Shown: piece after piece, positions 13,355-25,412 of the stretch
Numbering within the stretch: position 1 is the stretch's first letter
How the letters are laid out: every line of letters begins with the position of its first letter
NCBI RefSeq assembly: GCF_001194135.2
Contig: NC_068991.1
Coordinates: forward strand, 13,941,524-13,995,932
Length of the DNA stretch: 54,409 nucleotides
Direction: 5' to 3'
From: Octopus bimaculoides
Taxonomy: Eukaryota
Translations under genes and position numbers: made by a program
Notes under the pieces: generated by a model
The model's input: only the letters and a program-made list of their open reading frames with translations
The model's database searches: none
Told to the model about the DNA's origin: nothing

Positions 13355-13695
13355 TAAAAAAACACCTGCTTTGAATTTTCGGTAATATTGCTGAAATTAT
13401 ATTAAAATGAGCAAAAGATCATGCTTAAGGGAGACAGATTATTGATCTCATAGAACCCCTCAAGAAGAAGAAAAATAGCTATATGGTGTTTCTAATCGGC
13501 AGTGGTCATTTGGAAACAGAAATCTGTCCTGCTCGGAACGTCTTACTTTTAAAATCCGTCAGACGACTATTATTTACAAAGATGTTACTGTAGTTATGTA
13601 ACGTAGTAATGATCCATACGTTAACAAGAAATATGTGTGCGTTTGTGTGTGTGTGTGTGTGGGGGGGTGAATTTGTGTGTGTATGTGTTTGTGCC

Positions 13696-13749
<54 letters not shown>

Positions 13750-14144
13750 CACAGCATTACAATAAAGTCTTTGCTAAAAAAAAAAGTGTCTGAGAAAATA
13801 TAATGAAGGACCCTGAAGCGTCTGACTGATAAATGTATTTCGATTCATGACAATATACATTTTTGTAAAAGATCGAAATAAAAATGTTTACCCTTACAGA
13901 AATATTTGCTGAATTTTTGGTCGGCATCAGATTATTTCAAAAATTTCTTGGTTTTAATCAAAGATCTCATAGTAGGTGTAAGATCTTGAATTTTTACCTA
14001 GTACAGGTTTTTTTTAGTTTATCGATATTGTCATCATGTACAATATTTCTGTGCATACGCCTACACATGAACACACATATGGCGTATGCATACACACACA
14101 CACACACACGCACACACATGTATGTATTATGTATGTATGTATAT

Positions 14145-14187
<43 letters not shown>

Positions 14188-14197
14188 NNNNNNNNNN

Positions 14198-14240
<43 letters not shown>

Positions 14241-14369
14241 TATATTTCTATATGTATGATATATTTCTTCATGGCTACATTTATCTCTCTCTCTCTATAT
14301 ATATATACATATGTGTGTGTGAGTGTGTGTGTGTGTGATTATGTGTGTATGCATACACATACACACTTA

Positions 14370-14720
14370 TCGTTTAACTGATGAAGCAGTTTCACGCGAA
14401 TATAATTTTACTGAAAACAAAGAAAGATTTATCATGGAAAATGTATAGGTTTTTGCAATGTTCAACTAACTTAAACAGTTACAGGTGTTGACCAACAGCA
14501 TGACAGTGATCGAAACCAGCAACTACTTATTTAGATGAAAATGTATTGCTTTTGACTTTATCGCCAGCCACTATACCTTTTTCTATTTTCTCTCCCTGTT
14601 TATTTCTGTGTTCCTTTCTATCAAAGAGCGTAGGCTCGAAACGTAAAATACTTTCTCATTTCCCGAGCGTTAAACTAATACACGTGTTTGTTGTTTACAC
14701 ACTCGCCTTCGTATTTTGCT
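14370..14720 (+). mobile_element. Probable PLE-type terminal repeat with degenerate hammerhead motifs
   Basis: CTGATGA-A-GC...GC-GAA at 14378. At 14618-14645: CTATCAA-A-GAGC-gtag-GCTC-GAAAC-GTA, with a perfect 4-bp stem II. This layout is typical of PLE minimal type-I hammerheads (established knowledge). Element identity is inferred. Confidence 0.5.
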
Positions 14721-14743
14721 TTTTGCAAATTCTCACTATACAT

Positions 14744-14847
<104 letters not shown>

Positions 14848-14954
14848 TGTATATAGATAATACGTTGTACCAGCCGTACTAGAGTTCGTTGTAAAAAGTT
14901 ATCTTCATTCTCATGCCCATCCCATACCTATTATCACTACTCCAAATCACTTCC

Positions 14955-15014
14955 ACTAACATCATCATCACCTTCATCATCATCATCATCATCAGCAGCA
15001 GCATCATCATATGT

Positions 15015-15070
<56 letters not shown>

Positions 15071-16020
15071 AAAAGAAGCCGTGCATATATAAGAATACAT
15101 TCCCCTAGTCATCTTGATACACTGCCTCTGATAGATTCGCTGATTATTTGTTGTTGTTTTTTTCAATCGTGGTGGGTTTGTTATTGTTGTTTCACGTCAC
15201 GTTCGTTGTAATTGTTGTTGTAGTTGCTTCTCTTTCCATCACTGTGGTCGTCATCTCTATTCCTTCTTGTTGCAGTTACAGACATCATCTTTGTCGTTGT
15301 TGTTGTTGTTGTTGTTATTGTAGTTGCTATTGGTATCTTCGTCGTTGTTGTTATTATTCTTAGTGTTACTCTTATCGCTCTCTGTCATCGTTGTTGATGC
15401 TGCTGTTGTTGTTGTTGTTGTTGTTGTTCTTGTCATTGCTCTTCTTGTTGTCGCTGTCATTGTTGCTCACAGTTATCATCGTCATAGCCATTGCTACCGC
15501 TGCTGCTGCTCTTTTTGCTACTTTCACTTTCATTATCGTCATCGGTGTTGGTAGAGTTGATGCAGCAGTCGTTATAATCCGCCATTTTTATCATCAATCA
15601 TGATTGACATTCTCGCTGTTGCTTTTACTGCCGTCGCCACCAATGTCTTCGTTAATATTTTTGTGGATATTGCTGCTGCTGCTGCTGCTGCTGCTGTTGT
15701 TGTTGCTGTTGTTGTAGGTGTTGTTGTTGTTGTTTCTCTCGTTATTGCTGTCACCGTCTCTGCTATTGTTGTTGTTATTCTTATTATTGCTGTCATCGTT
15801 GGTGTTGTTGTTCTTGTTATTGCTGTCACCTGGTCTTGTTTCTTTCTTGCTGTCATCGTCGATGTTGTATTTCTTTTTTCCTTTTTTTTTGCTGTCATCG
15901 TCACTGTAATTGTTGTTTTTCTTCTTGCTGTCATTGTCACTGATGTTTTTGTTCTTGTTGTTGCCGTCATCGTCATTATTGTTGTTGCTGTCATTGTTTT
16001 TTTTTGTCATCATCGTTGTT
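14955..16020. repeat. Long degenerate trinucleotide region: (CAT)n, (TAG)n, (GTT/GCT/GTC)n
   Basis: Directly visible. It produces low-complexity ORFs on both strands. Confidence 0.9.
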
Positions 16021-16189
16021 GTGTATTCGAAATTGGTACTAGAGAGTTCGTGAAGAACTCTCCAGAGACGGAGATCAATAACAGTATGTAGCACAGAAAA
16101 TGGTAAACATTTCCAGTAGGAACTAGCTGAAACTAAATGGACTGAGAAGACTAGATCTGAGAGTGTATGCTGCTATAAATAGTCACCAC

Positions 16190-16461
16190 TAATGAGTTCT
16201 AATAACAGCAACAACACCAAAAGCATTAGCAGGAACAACAGTATCAAAACAGATGCAAGAACAACAACATCCACAACAACAACATTGACAGAAACAACAA
16301 CAAAAATATCAACAACTACAACAACAACAACAAAAACAAAAACAGCAAATACTACAACAACAAGAACAGTAACTCACTATCCTCCCCAACACCAACGATA
16401 CCAATAGCAGCAATGGCAGTAACACGCCAACACCAACACCCACACCCACACCATCGCTTTC

Positions 16462-16498
<37 letters not shown>

Positions 16499-16570
16499 CT
16501 AACTAAGACGATAGTAACAACAACAGCAACAGCAACAACAACAGGAACAACAACAATAACAAAAGATGAA
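16190..16570. repeat. Degenerate (CAA/ACA)n tract
   Basis: Directly visible. Confidence 0.9.
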
Positions 16571-17871
16571 AACAGTTACAACAACGTCTTGTGTTGAGTC
16601 AAAGCCCCACCCCTTTTACCGAACCGAACCAATAAAGAGAAAAAAAAATATTTAGAAAAAAACTACATCGACAACGACGAGAACAAGAAAAATAGACATG
16701 AATAAATAAGCATATTCTCCTTCTCTCTCTCTCTCTCACTCTCTCTGTGTATATATATNNNNNNNNNNNNNNNNNNNNNNNNNNNNNNNNNNNNNNNNNN
16801 NNNNNNNNNNNNNNNNNNNNNNNNNNNNNNNNNNNNNNNNNNNNNNNNNNNNNNNNNNNNNNNNNNNNNNNNNNNNNNNNNNNNNNNNNNNNNNNNNNNN
16901 NNNNNNNNNNNNNNNNNNNNNNNNNNNNNNNNNNNNNNNNNNNNNNNNNNNNNNNNNNNNNNNNNNNNNNNNNNNNNNNNNNNNNNNNNNNNNNNNNNNN
17001 NNNNNNNNNNNNNNNNNNNNNNNNNNNNNNNNNNNNNNNNNNNNNNNNNNNNNNNNNNNNNNNNNNNNNNNNNNNNNNNNNNNNNNNNNNNNNNNNNNNN
17101 NNNNNNNNNNNNNNNNNNNNNNNNNNNNNNNNNNNNNNNNNNNNNNNNNNNNNNNNNNNNNNNNNNNNNNNNNNNNNNNNNNNNNNNNNNNNNNNNNNNN
17201 NNNNNNNNNNNNNNNNNNNNNNNNNNNNNNNNNNNNNNNNNNNNNNNNNNNNNNNNNNNNNNNNNNNNNNNNNNNNNNNNNNNNNNNNNNNNNNNNNNNN
17301 NNNNNNNNNNNNNNNNNNNNNNNNNNNNNNNNNNNNNNNNNNNNNNNNNNNNNNNNNNNNNNNNNNNNNNNNNNNNNNNNNNNNNNNNNNNNNNNNNNNN
17401 NNNNNNNNNNNNNNNNNNNNNNNNNNNNNNNNNNNNNNNNNNNNNNNNNNNNNNNNNNNNNNNNNNNNNNNNNNNNNNATATATATATATATATATATAT
17501 ATATATTCTGTAGGAGATTTTATTGAAAATCTTCCAGACTGTTCTAGAAGCATTTAAGAACTTATTTTATTTTTATATTCTTTCTTAAGAAGCTCTACTG
17601 ATGCATGAACGCCAATTAGGAGTATAATTTAACTTTCTCCGCCCTTTTTCCCTCCATGCTATGATCCTCCTCGTCCTTATCGCCCAACTCCATCTACCTC
17701 GCCTTCCTGCTTGTGTTCTTTTAGTTTCCCTTTCATAATTATTATTAGTATTTCGGCATATTTTTATCGCGTGCTTTCAGTGCACTATTGAACATAACTG
17801 CGTGCCTTACCAATGTACTGTATTTTATTTTGCTGCATTCTTTGTGTGCCTGTATGTGTGTGTGTGTGGGT

Positions 17872-17915
<44 letters not shown>

Positions 17916-18159
17916 TTGTATATGTGTTACTGCCTGTTTGCGTGTGTATGCTGGTCTGTTAAAAGTACTCTACAAAATATCTGTACAATTTCAAGTGGTG
18001 CTATGTATGAATGCGAAAATACTGCCGTTTTGATTATGTAATTTGTCTGTATGGTTTTTAAACCATTCCAAAAGCATCTAATATTATAGAAATTGTTATA
18101 AGCACGCCCCCCTCTGTCTAGGTATTTCTTTTCTTCAGCACAAGCCTATACCTATATTA

Positions 18160-18371
18160 ATCCTTTCCACTCTCAGTACAAGGTCTGAAATTTGCGGCAA
18201 AAGGAGTCAGTCAATTAGATCGACGACGCCACGCTCGACTAGTATTACTTATTTCATCGACCTCGCAAATATGAAAGGCAAAGTCGATCTTGATAGGATT
18301 TGAACTCACAAAGTAAAATCGCTGAACATTTTGAACGAATCGTTAACGTTTCGGCCAACACCATCGCCCCG
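18160..18371 (-). mobile_element. SINE family A, diverged full-length copy
   Basis: tatgaaaggcaaagtcgatct...atttgaactca...gttaacgtttcggccaac aligns to the copies at 24120 and 41060. Confidence 0.75.
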
Positions 18372-18860
<489 letters not shown>

Positions 18861-19399
18861 GTCATGTGCACCAACAACAACATCTCTGCCATCAGAGTCA
18901 GTTCATTTAGTAAAGTGCTTTATCTGTCTTGTGATTATTAGTATCGATTTGTGAGATCAGTAGAACAACTGTTAACAATTCCTGCTGATTGTCAATCTGT
19001 TTAGAATAACAATGGCAGGATGGTTACTTTTACCTGTTCGGAGAGGCTAATTTGAAGCGCGCAAACGAATCAGACGAGGTTTGTAAGTCAATGCACAAGG
19101 GCAAGCAAAAGTGACAAATAATTAAAATGGAAATATGAAGGTGTGTGTTTTAGGAGAAAGACCCATTTCAGGTTACGATTTCTCTTGAGAGTTTTATGCA
19201 AGTACTTTCATCTCTGGAAATTATGATCAGTGGCACTGGAGTTAAGTAGCTAATCATAATCGTTGTAGAGGATATGGTTTGAGCATATTTTCGAAAAATC
19301 AACATCATTCCTTGCATATATAGCGCGGCTAGCGATATATCTTAGTCTTAGATAACGTTGCTGTTGCATTATGGTATTAATATAATATGCAATGAGAAT

Positions 19400-19850
19400 C
19401 GAGGACATTTTTCACTCAGAAGGACTGAACAAAAAAGGGTAAAAAATGAAACCAATAACCAAAGTTTTGAACGGTGCCAATGACAGAAAGGTGGGTCCGA
19501 AGGATGTGATGACGCTCCCAGACCATGTTTGCAATAGTAAAGAAACTTCGTGTCTTTATGAGCTTGTCTGATTATTAGAACGACAATCCCGCAGGATAGC
19601 AATGTTGAGAAGCTGTATGAAACGTAAGACGTAACCTTTAAAGCTCCAAGCGAGTAGTGTGGTGTACAAGAATGGCAGTGACACAGTGTCCCCGCACTAA
19701 CGAATGTGCTCTTCCGGTTTTTAGAAAATAAGAGAGTGATTTGAGGAAAATTCTTATGTTTTGTTATTCCAACCAAATTCAGAAGCTTAGCTACATAATT
19801 AGCCATTTGTCAACTTTTTAATAGTTGGATTCTAATTGGTTTTAAGGCAC
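19400..19850 (+). mobile_element. Decayed RTE-like LINE apurinic-endonuclease remnant
   Basis: Ordered motifs EDIFHSEGLNKKG (cf. DILGLSEVRWKG), TKVLNGANDRKVG (cf. VLYSGxxxxxxGVG), TIPQDSNVEKLYET* (cf. YAPTxxxxVEKFYExL) and GKFLCFCYSNQI (cf. GxxLLxFCxxNxL). Many stops. Confidence 0.45.
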
Positions 19851-20055
19851 ATCAGTGACCAAATGGTGTCTGAACCGTCTTTCACGCTCTTCGGTCGAGG
19901 GAAAGTTGTGGGGAAAACTAGTTGGCAAATGAAGTTTACCAATTAAGAACAAGTACAAGTCATGCCATAAGCTTCCGCACAGTTTCCGCTTATCTTTCTT
20001 TCGCTGGTTTTCTTTTAAGTAGTAAATGAAAAATCTGTTTGTATATACATATTTG

Positions 20056-20175
20056 TATTGGCAAAGTCGTTAGAGCGTCGGATAGAAACCCTTGTAGTAT
20101 TTGTTCCAAGATTTTGCGCTGTGAGTTCAAAACTCGGCCGAGAACACCTTTGTCTGATATGCTTTCAGGGACGAT
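20056..20175 (+). mobile_element. SINE family A-related head, diverged
   Basis: tggcaaagtcgttagagcgtcgg...gtgagttcaaaactcggccgag shows the same A/B-box layout as family A. Confidence 0.5.
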
Positions 20176-20473
20176 AAATAAATTATTAATCCAGGCCAGT
20201 GAATTGGCGCGAGTGACAGAGAATCGGAAAATATACAAGGGAGTATCTGATTCGGCTCTTTGCGTTCGGACAGCAACGCCTACGACTACTCACTCAGGTG
20301 TTGCTACTAATTGATGATAATTAAAATATATTTGTTAGGTAATTAGTTTTAATGGAAATATTGATGGAAAAGTTTATTGTGACTTTTGTGAGATTGTTGA
20401 GAAAATATTGAATTTAAGTTGGATTAGTAGTTTTTGTTAATGACGATAAGGGAAAAATCTTAATTATACCAAA

Positions 20474-20600
20474 CTGGTACCAAGCAGTGCCAAGCAGTGC
20501 CAAGCGGTGCCAAGCAGTACTAAGCTGTATCGGCAGAAGTCACAGACTTTTCTCTTGGATAGGCAACAGTGGTAAGGAGAGGGGAGACTAGCATGTGTGA
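20474..20600 (+). repeat. 10-bp tandem repeat (caagcagtgc x4) at the start of a family-D SINE body fragment
   Basis: Units at 20481-20520. The following aagctgtatcggc...cttggata matches 7457-7490. Confidence 0.65.
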
Positions 20601-20981
20601 AGTAAATAGAAAACTGCTAGTCTTTCTCAAAAATATTCTCCCCAGCGGCATGACCAAGCTTGACCGACGGAGGATTATGTAAAAGCTATGTGTATATAAA
20701 TGAATGTGTAGCTGAGTGCGAATCCAACTGACGTTTCAGTGACACGAGTCATTGATTTGTAGTGGGAATGTTTATGGTGATACAAGGTAGACAGAAGTCG
20801 TTTCAGATTTCTAGGTCTTCTTGTCTGATTCTTGACTGATTCAGCCCTCGTATATGACTAGTACTTACTTTATGCATCCATGAGATGGGAATGAATACGT
20901 TAATTCTGACAGGATTTTAAAATCAGAACGTGCAAGGAGATAACAAAACCTTAGCATCGTTTCGTAAATATGTGGTTTCGA

Positions 20982-21345
20982 GATCGATTTAACTGTGCAG
21001 CTCTCCTAACGAGCTATGTCTGTTTTTATTTTGGATCGAATCGAGGCCTTTGTGTGAAAGATGATATGCAGAAACTGTACAGAAGCCGGTCGCGTAACTT
21101 GTAATTATTTTTGACTGATCGTTTTAACTGCATGGCACCTCAAAACAGTTTCGTTTACCGTAGCTTCGGATCGAACCAAGGCCTGCGAGCGAAAGGTAGT
21201 AGACCAAAATGTTCAGAAGCCGATGGCGTGACTTATAATTGTCCTTGGTTGATCGATTTAACTGCACGGCAACTCGAACGACTTCTGTCTACCATAGCTT
21301 CGGATCGAACCGAGGCCTTCGTGCAAAAGATGCAGAAGTCCGTGG
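20982..21345 (+). repeat. ~135-bp tandem repeat, about 3 diverged units, related to the SINE-B core
   Basis: gatcg(a/t)tttaactg starts at 20982, 21117 and 21251. Each unit carries (c)ttcggatcgaacc.aggcct. Unit 3 is about two-thirds identical over 60 nt to 35701-35760 by hand alignment. Confidence 0.75.
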
Positions 21346-21853
21346 CAGGATTCATCCTTGATTAACTGACCTCATCTGTGAAGCAGCTTAACATTACGAC
21401 CTTGTTCTTGGCTGCATTTAGCAGAGATAACTTTATTGCAGTCAGTTGGCCAAGGGCTTCAATTCGAGGATAGATAATTTGAAACATTGACGTCCTGCTT
21501 CCTATAAAATCTATATTCGAGTTGTGGCTTCTTTCCCCTTCCAATCCTACCTGTCCCCATTTCACTCGACTAAAATGTAAATGGGTGTTATTCTCCTCTC
21601 ACTAAACAAAAACATGGTAAATACAAACAAAATATCAAACCTACTCCTCCGTAGTTTCTCCCTTTCTAATAATTCGTATTGTGTAACTCGTATTAAGTAA
21701 CTCAAATAATTAAATTCTTCGGATTGATGTTGTGATTGGCAGATCCTTTAGATATTCCATGGACTACTTGGTAATTATAATATCACTTCTACCTCAACTG
21801 TTGCTGTTTGCGCTATTTCTTTCGGGATAATTCTTGTGTTCTTTTGATTTCAG

Positions 21854-21876
21854 AATATCGCATCAAACTCACAAAG
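21854..21876 (+). other. Candidate 23-nt microexon of an unidentified host gene
   Basis: Acceptor ttcttgtgttcttttgatttcAG and donor AAG|GTAAGA. One frame reads (E)YRIKLTK. No transcript evidence. Confidence 0.35.
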
Positions 21877-22558
21877 GTAAGAGGTGGAAAAAATTGCATA
21901 AGAATTACTAGCGCCTGTATTTATTTATTTATTTATTTATTATTCGTTATTTTACTGTCATTATTTATTCATTTATTTATTTACATTACAATTTTCCGTT
22001 TGCAACTGGATAACTTGAAGATAATTATTCAAAATGTTTATACATGATTCATCAAAAAGCATTAGCTTTCTTTAGCTTTGCTTTCGGACCGTCTTCAAAT
22101 TAATTCCACTTGGCTGAAATATAGTTTAAAAGACTGTGGATTGGCAGCATCTTTGGCAGTATTAGATACTTTGCGGTATTTAGTTCCACCTGTCTAAGTC
22201 TTAAGCTCAAATCTTGCCAAGTTCAACTTCGCTTTTCATTTTATTTGTAGTCAGTTGTCGCGACACTAAGTGTTCCTGGCTTTGGTATGACTTGATATGC
22301 TTTCTCTATACTGGTCGGTTTTTCGCTTTGCGTTTGCCATTCATTATCAAGAATTCCTTTCTACTTCACAATCCTTTTTGCAGTATCTGTGAATCACAGT
22401 CTTGGTCTTCCATAGTTTCTTTTTCCCTTTCACAGTTGAGAATAAATAAGTTGTCTAGGGAGTCTGCTGTCGTCCATCCTGTGTACGTAAATTTCTATGA
22501 ATACAGATTTCCTATATATATATATATTAAAAGTCTCTCATTACAATGCACACTCACA

Positions 22559-22646
<88 letters not shown>

Positions 22647-22659
22647 AAAACACTGCAGG

Positions 22660-22815
22660 CTTTCGCACAGTTTCCGGTCACCAAATTTGTTTCTAGAGAT
22701 TTTGGTCAAACTGTAGTAAGGCCATTACAGAAAAAGCCATTGCACAAAACGTGTCGATGCAAGGAATCGAAGCTAATATTTCGTTGTTGCGAAGTAAACA
22801 TCTAAATCACATAGG
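22660..22815 (-). mobile_element. SINE family B, old degenerate copy
   Basis: caggctttcgcacagtttccggtcaccaaattt...ttttggtc resembles the reverse complement of 35740-35800. Confidence 0.5.
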
Positions 22816-23555
22816 CATACGTTAATTCGAGCAAATTAGATAAGACATCAATCATTTGAAACGAGTTGGAGGTTTCGTGTCCTGTTATCGGTACGGCATT
22901 GCGTTCTTGAGGAGAAAAACAAAACAAAACTCAATTTCTCTATTAAATGGTTTTCGTCCATCTATATTAAAGTAATTGCCGTTTCCGATTCATCTTATCC
23001 AATTATACAAAGAAATTTCCGTTGCAGAAGTGTTCTTATCTCGTCGTTAACCTCTTCATTTTTTCCTACTTTGGTTGTGTTCGTTCGTTTGTTTGCTTTT
23101 CTGCCATTTATATAATGTAAGAACTTCACGCGGAGAACAACGTGGTGTAACGGAATATTTGTTCTTTGTCATCAGTGTTATTGTTATTCAACCCAGGTCT
23201 GAATGAATTAGACTTGCGATCGAAGGTATTTTAACTTTGTCTGCTATTTTTAGCAGGTTTAGTGACCATGAAAGGCCGTCTTTTGTCATGTCATCATTTC
23301 GGTTGTTATTTAACCACAGGTCAGGCCTCACTGAGCTGACTTATGATCAAAGCTATTTCATGTGAAATCTAATCGTCTTTTCATCTGAAGTGGCTTTCCT
23401 TTTTAAGAATAGGAGGTATGATTTAAAGGAGATTTCTCTTCTCCATTTAGCAAGGCTCAGTTACTACACGAGTGGCTATCTTGTGGACATGTCATTGAGA
23501 TTGTTAATTAACTGGGGGTCGGACCTAACTTCGTAGGATTAGGGTCAAAGGTATT

Positions 23556-23850
23556 TCATCTCGCTGCAGTTGTAGCTGTTGCTGCTGTCACCGCTGCTGT
23601 TTGTTTTGATGTCCGTGCCGTTGCTATTGCTACTGCTGTAGTTGTTGCTGCTGCTGCTGCTGCTGCTACCTCAGCTGTTGATGCTACTGCTGTTGTTTTT
23701 GACGTTGTTGTTGCTGCCGTTGTTACTGTTGTTAATGTTGCCATCACTTTCTTTGTTGTTGCGTGTAGTGCTGTTGCTTGTATGATCAAAATCCTTGTCG
23801 TAAACCACAGTTTCTTTCTTGCTGTTATTGGTATTGTTGTCATTGATCTG
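23556..23850. repeat. Degenerate (GCT/GTT)n tract
   Basis: Directly visible. Confidence 0.85.
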
Positions 23851-24119
23851 AAGCTCTTGCTCTCTCACGAAGCTGGCAGTGGACGAGGTTAACCTGCTAT
23901 CTTTCCATTGAAACAGTTAGCGGGCGATAGCGACACCATAATTCCAACAAGAAAAATTCAGACGATAGGAAGTAGCTATTGCACCAATTCTGCCCTGAAG
24001 TAATGGACCTTATTCAAACTTCTAAGAAAAAAATGAACGAAAGTATACAAATTATTGCAAACAAAACTCAACAAACATTCAGGGGCCGACACGACGCACG
24101 TATAAGTAAAGCCGTAATA

Positions 24120-24275
24120 ATTTTTTTCTATTATAGACACAAGGCATGAAATTTGGAGGAAGGAGATAGTCGATTACATCGACCCCAGTGCTCAACTGGT
24201 ACTTGATTTATCGACCCTGAAGGAATGAAAGGCAAAGTCGACCTCGGCGGAATTTGAACTCAGAACGTAAAGGCG
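24120..24275 (-). mobile_element. SINE family A, 5'-truncated
   Basis: Near-identical to 41125-41225 (atcgaccccagtgc...gaaaggcaaagtcgacctcggcggaatttgaactcagaacgt). Confidence 0.9.
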
Positions 24276-24594
24276 AACAATTCTTTGGGGTTTGGATAAT
24301 TCACCTTTGGAAACATGGGTGTTTCGTTCAACATCATTAAACAACCCTTATTCAAGGACCATTTGAGTCGGATGGGCTACTCAACCCGAAGAAAATTCTA
24401 ACTGGGCCTTCACCTGCAAAGTCATGCGCTGTTTATCTTGATATGAGATCACCATGTCACCTATATATGGTTGTGATGCATGTGCCTGGTGTACCCTTAT
24501 CAGACGGGTAGTCATGATGGGTATACTGGGCTTCGTATATTTTACCCCAGTGTCATTTTGATGGCATGCACTGCTCTCTCACTCAATAATATTA

Positions 24595-24645
<51 letters not shown>
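24276..24645 (+). mobile_element. Probable LINE 3' end with (AAT)n tail
   Basis: Complex sequence ending ...gcactgctctctcactc followed by (AAT)n. I recall it as an abundant octopus LINE 3' UTR. Single copy here, so the clade is not verifiable. Confidence 0.55.
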
Positions 24646-24646
<1 letters not shown>

Positions 24647-24911
24647 GAATAATCCTTTCTACTATAGGCACAAGGCCNNNNNNNNNNNNNNNNNNNNNNN
24701 NNNNNNNNNNNNNNNNNNNNNNNNNNNNNNNNNNNNNNNNNNNNNNNNNNNNNNNNNNNNNNNNNNNNNNNNNNNNNNNNNNNNNNNNNNNNNNNNNNNN
24801 NNNNNNNNNNNNNNNNNNNNNNNNNNNNNNNNNNNNNNNNNNNNNNNNNNNNNNNNNNNNNNNNNNNNNNNNNNNNNNNNNNNNNNNNNNNNNNNNNNNN
24901 NNNNNNNNNNN

Positions 24912-25140
24912 TCTCAAATTTTAAAGCAAACACAATTTTCTTATGGTTTCTTAAACATTCACTTGAACAAAACTGTACAAATCCAAATATATGGTACCCT
25001 AGGCATAACACCTACATGAACTTCTAACTTGTTGTCTCTTGAGGTCTCTAGGTGAGATTTGGATCCAACTTGTACAAATGCAAAACAAAAGTCAAACATA
25101 AAATAATAATAATAATAATAATAATCATAATAATAATAAT
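24912..25140 (+). mobile_element. Second probable LINE 3' UTR with (AAT)n tail (possibly Dong/R4-like)
   Basis: Ends ...aaaagtcaaacataa followed by (AAT)n. The 5' part is lost in an N-gap. The clade call is recall/inference. Confidence 0.5.
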
Positions 25141-25350
25141 TTCTACTGAAGGTACAAGGCCTTGAAATTTTGTGGGAAGGGACTAGTCATTTAAATCGAC
25201 CCCATTGTTTCACTGTTACTTAATTTATCGACTCCGAAAGGATGAAAGGTAAAGTCGACCAAGACGGAATTTGAAATCAGAATGTAAAGACAGATCAAAT
25301 ACCGCTAAGCATTTCGCCCGGCGTGCTAAAGATTCCGCTAGTTCGCGGCC

Positions 25351-25352
<2 letters not shown>
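25141..25352 (-). mobile_element. SINE family A, full length, flanked by (AAT)n on both sides
   Basis: Aligns along its length to 41060-41290 and 40855-41057. (TAA)n at 25353-25410. Confidence 0.9.

Positions 25353-25412
<60 letters not shown>

Noticed and set aside
16174-16407. TATAAATA followed by an ATG ORF (MSSNNSNN...)
   Set aside because: The ATG is only about 18 nt from the TATA and the ORF is a (CAA)n translation.
19369-19806. 145-aa minus-strand ORF without SSR
   Set aside because: No recognisable motif; it lies antisense to an endonuclease-like remnant, so it is probably a shadow ORF.
22436-22486. 51-nt pseudo-exon LRINKLSRESAVVHPVY (good acceptor, TAC|GTAAAT donor)
   Set aside because: The donor is mediocre and the peptide is unrecognised; such matches are common by chance. 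Mentioned only as a possible partner of the microexon.
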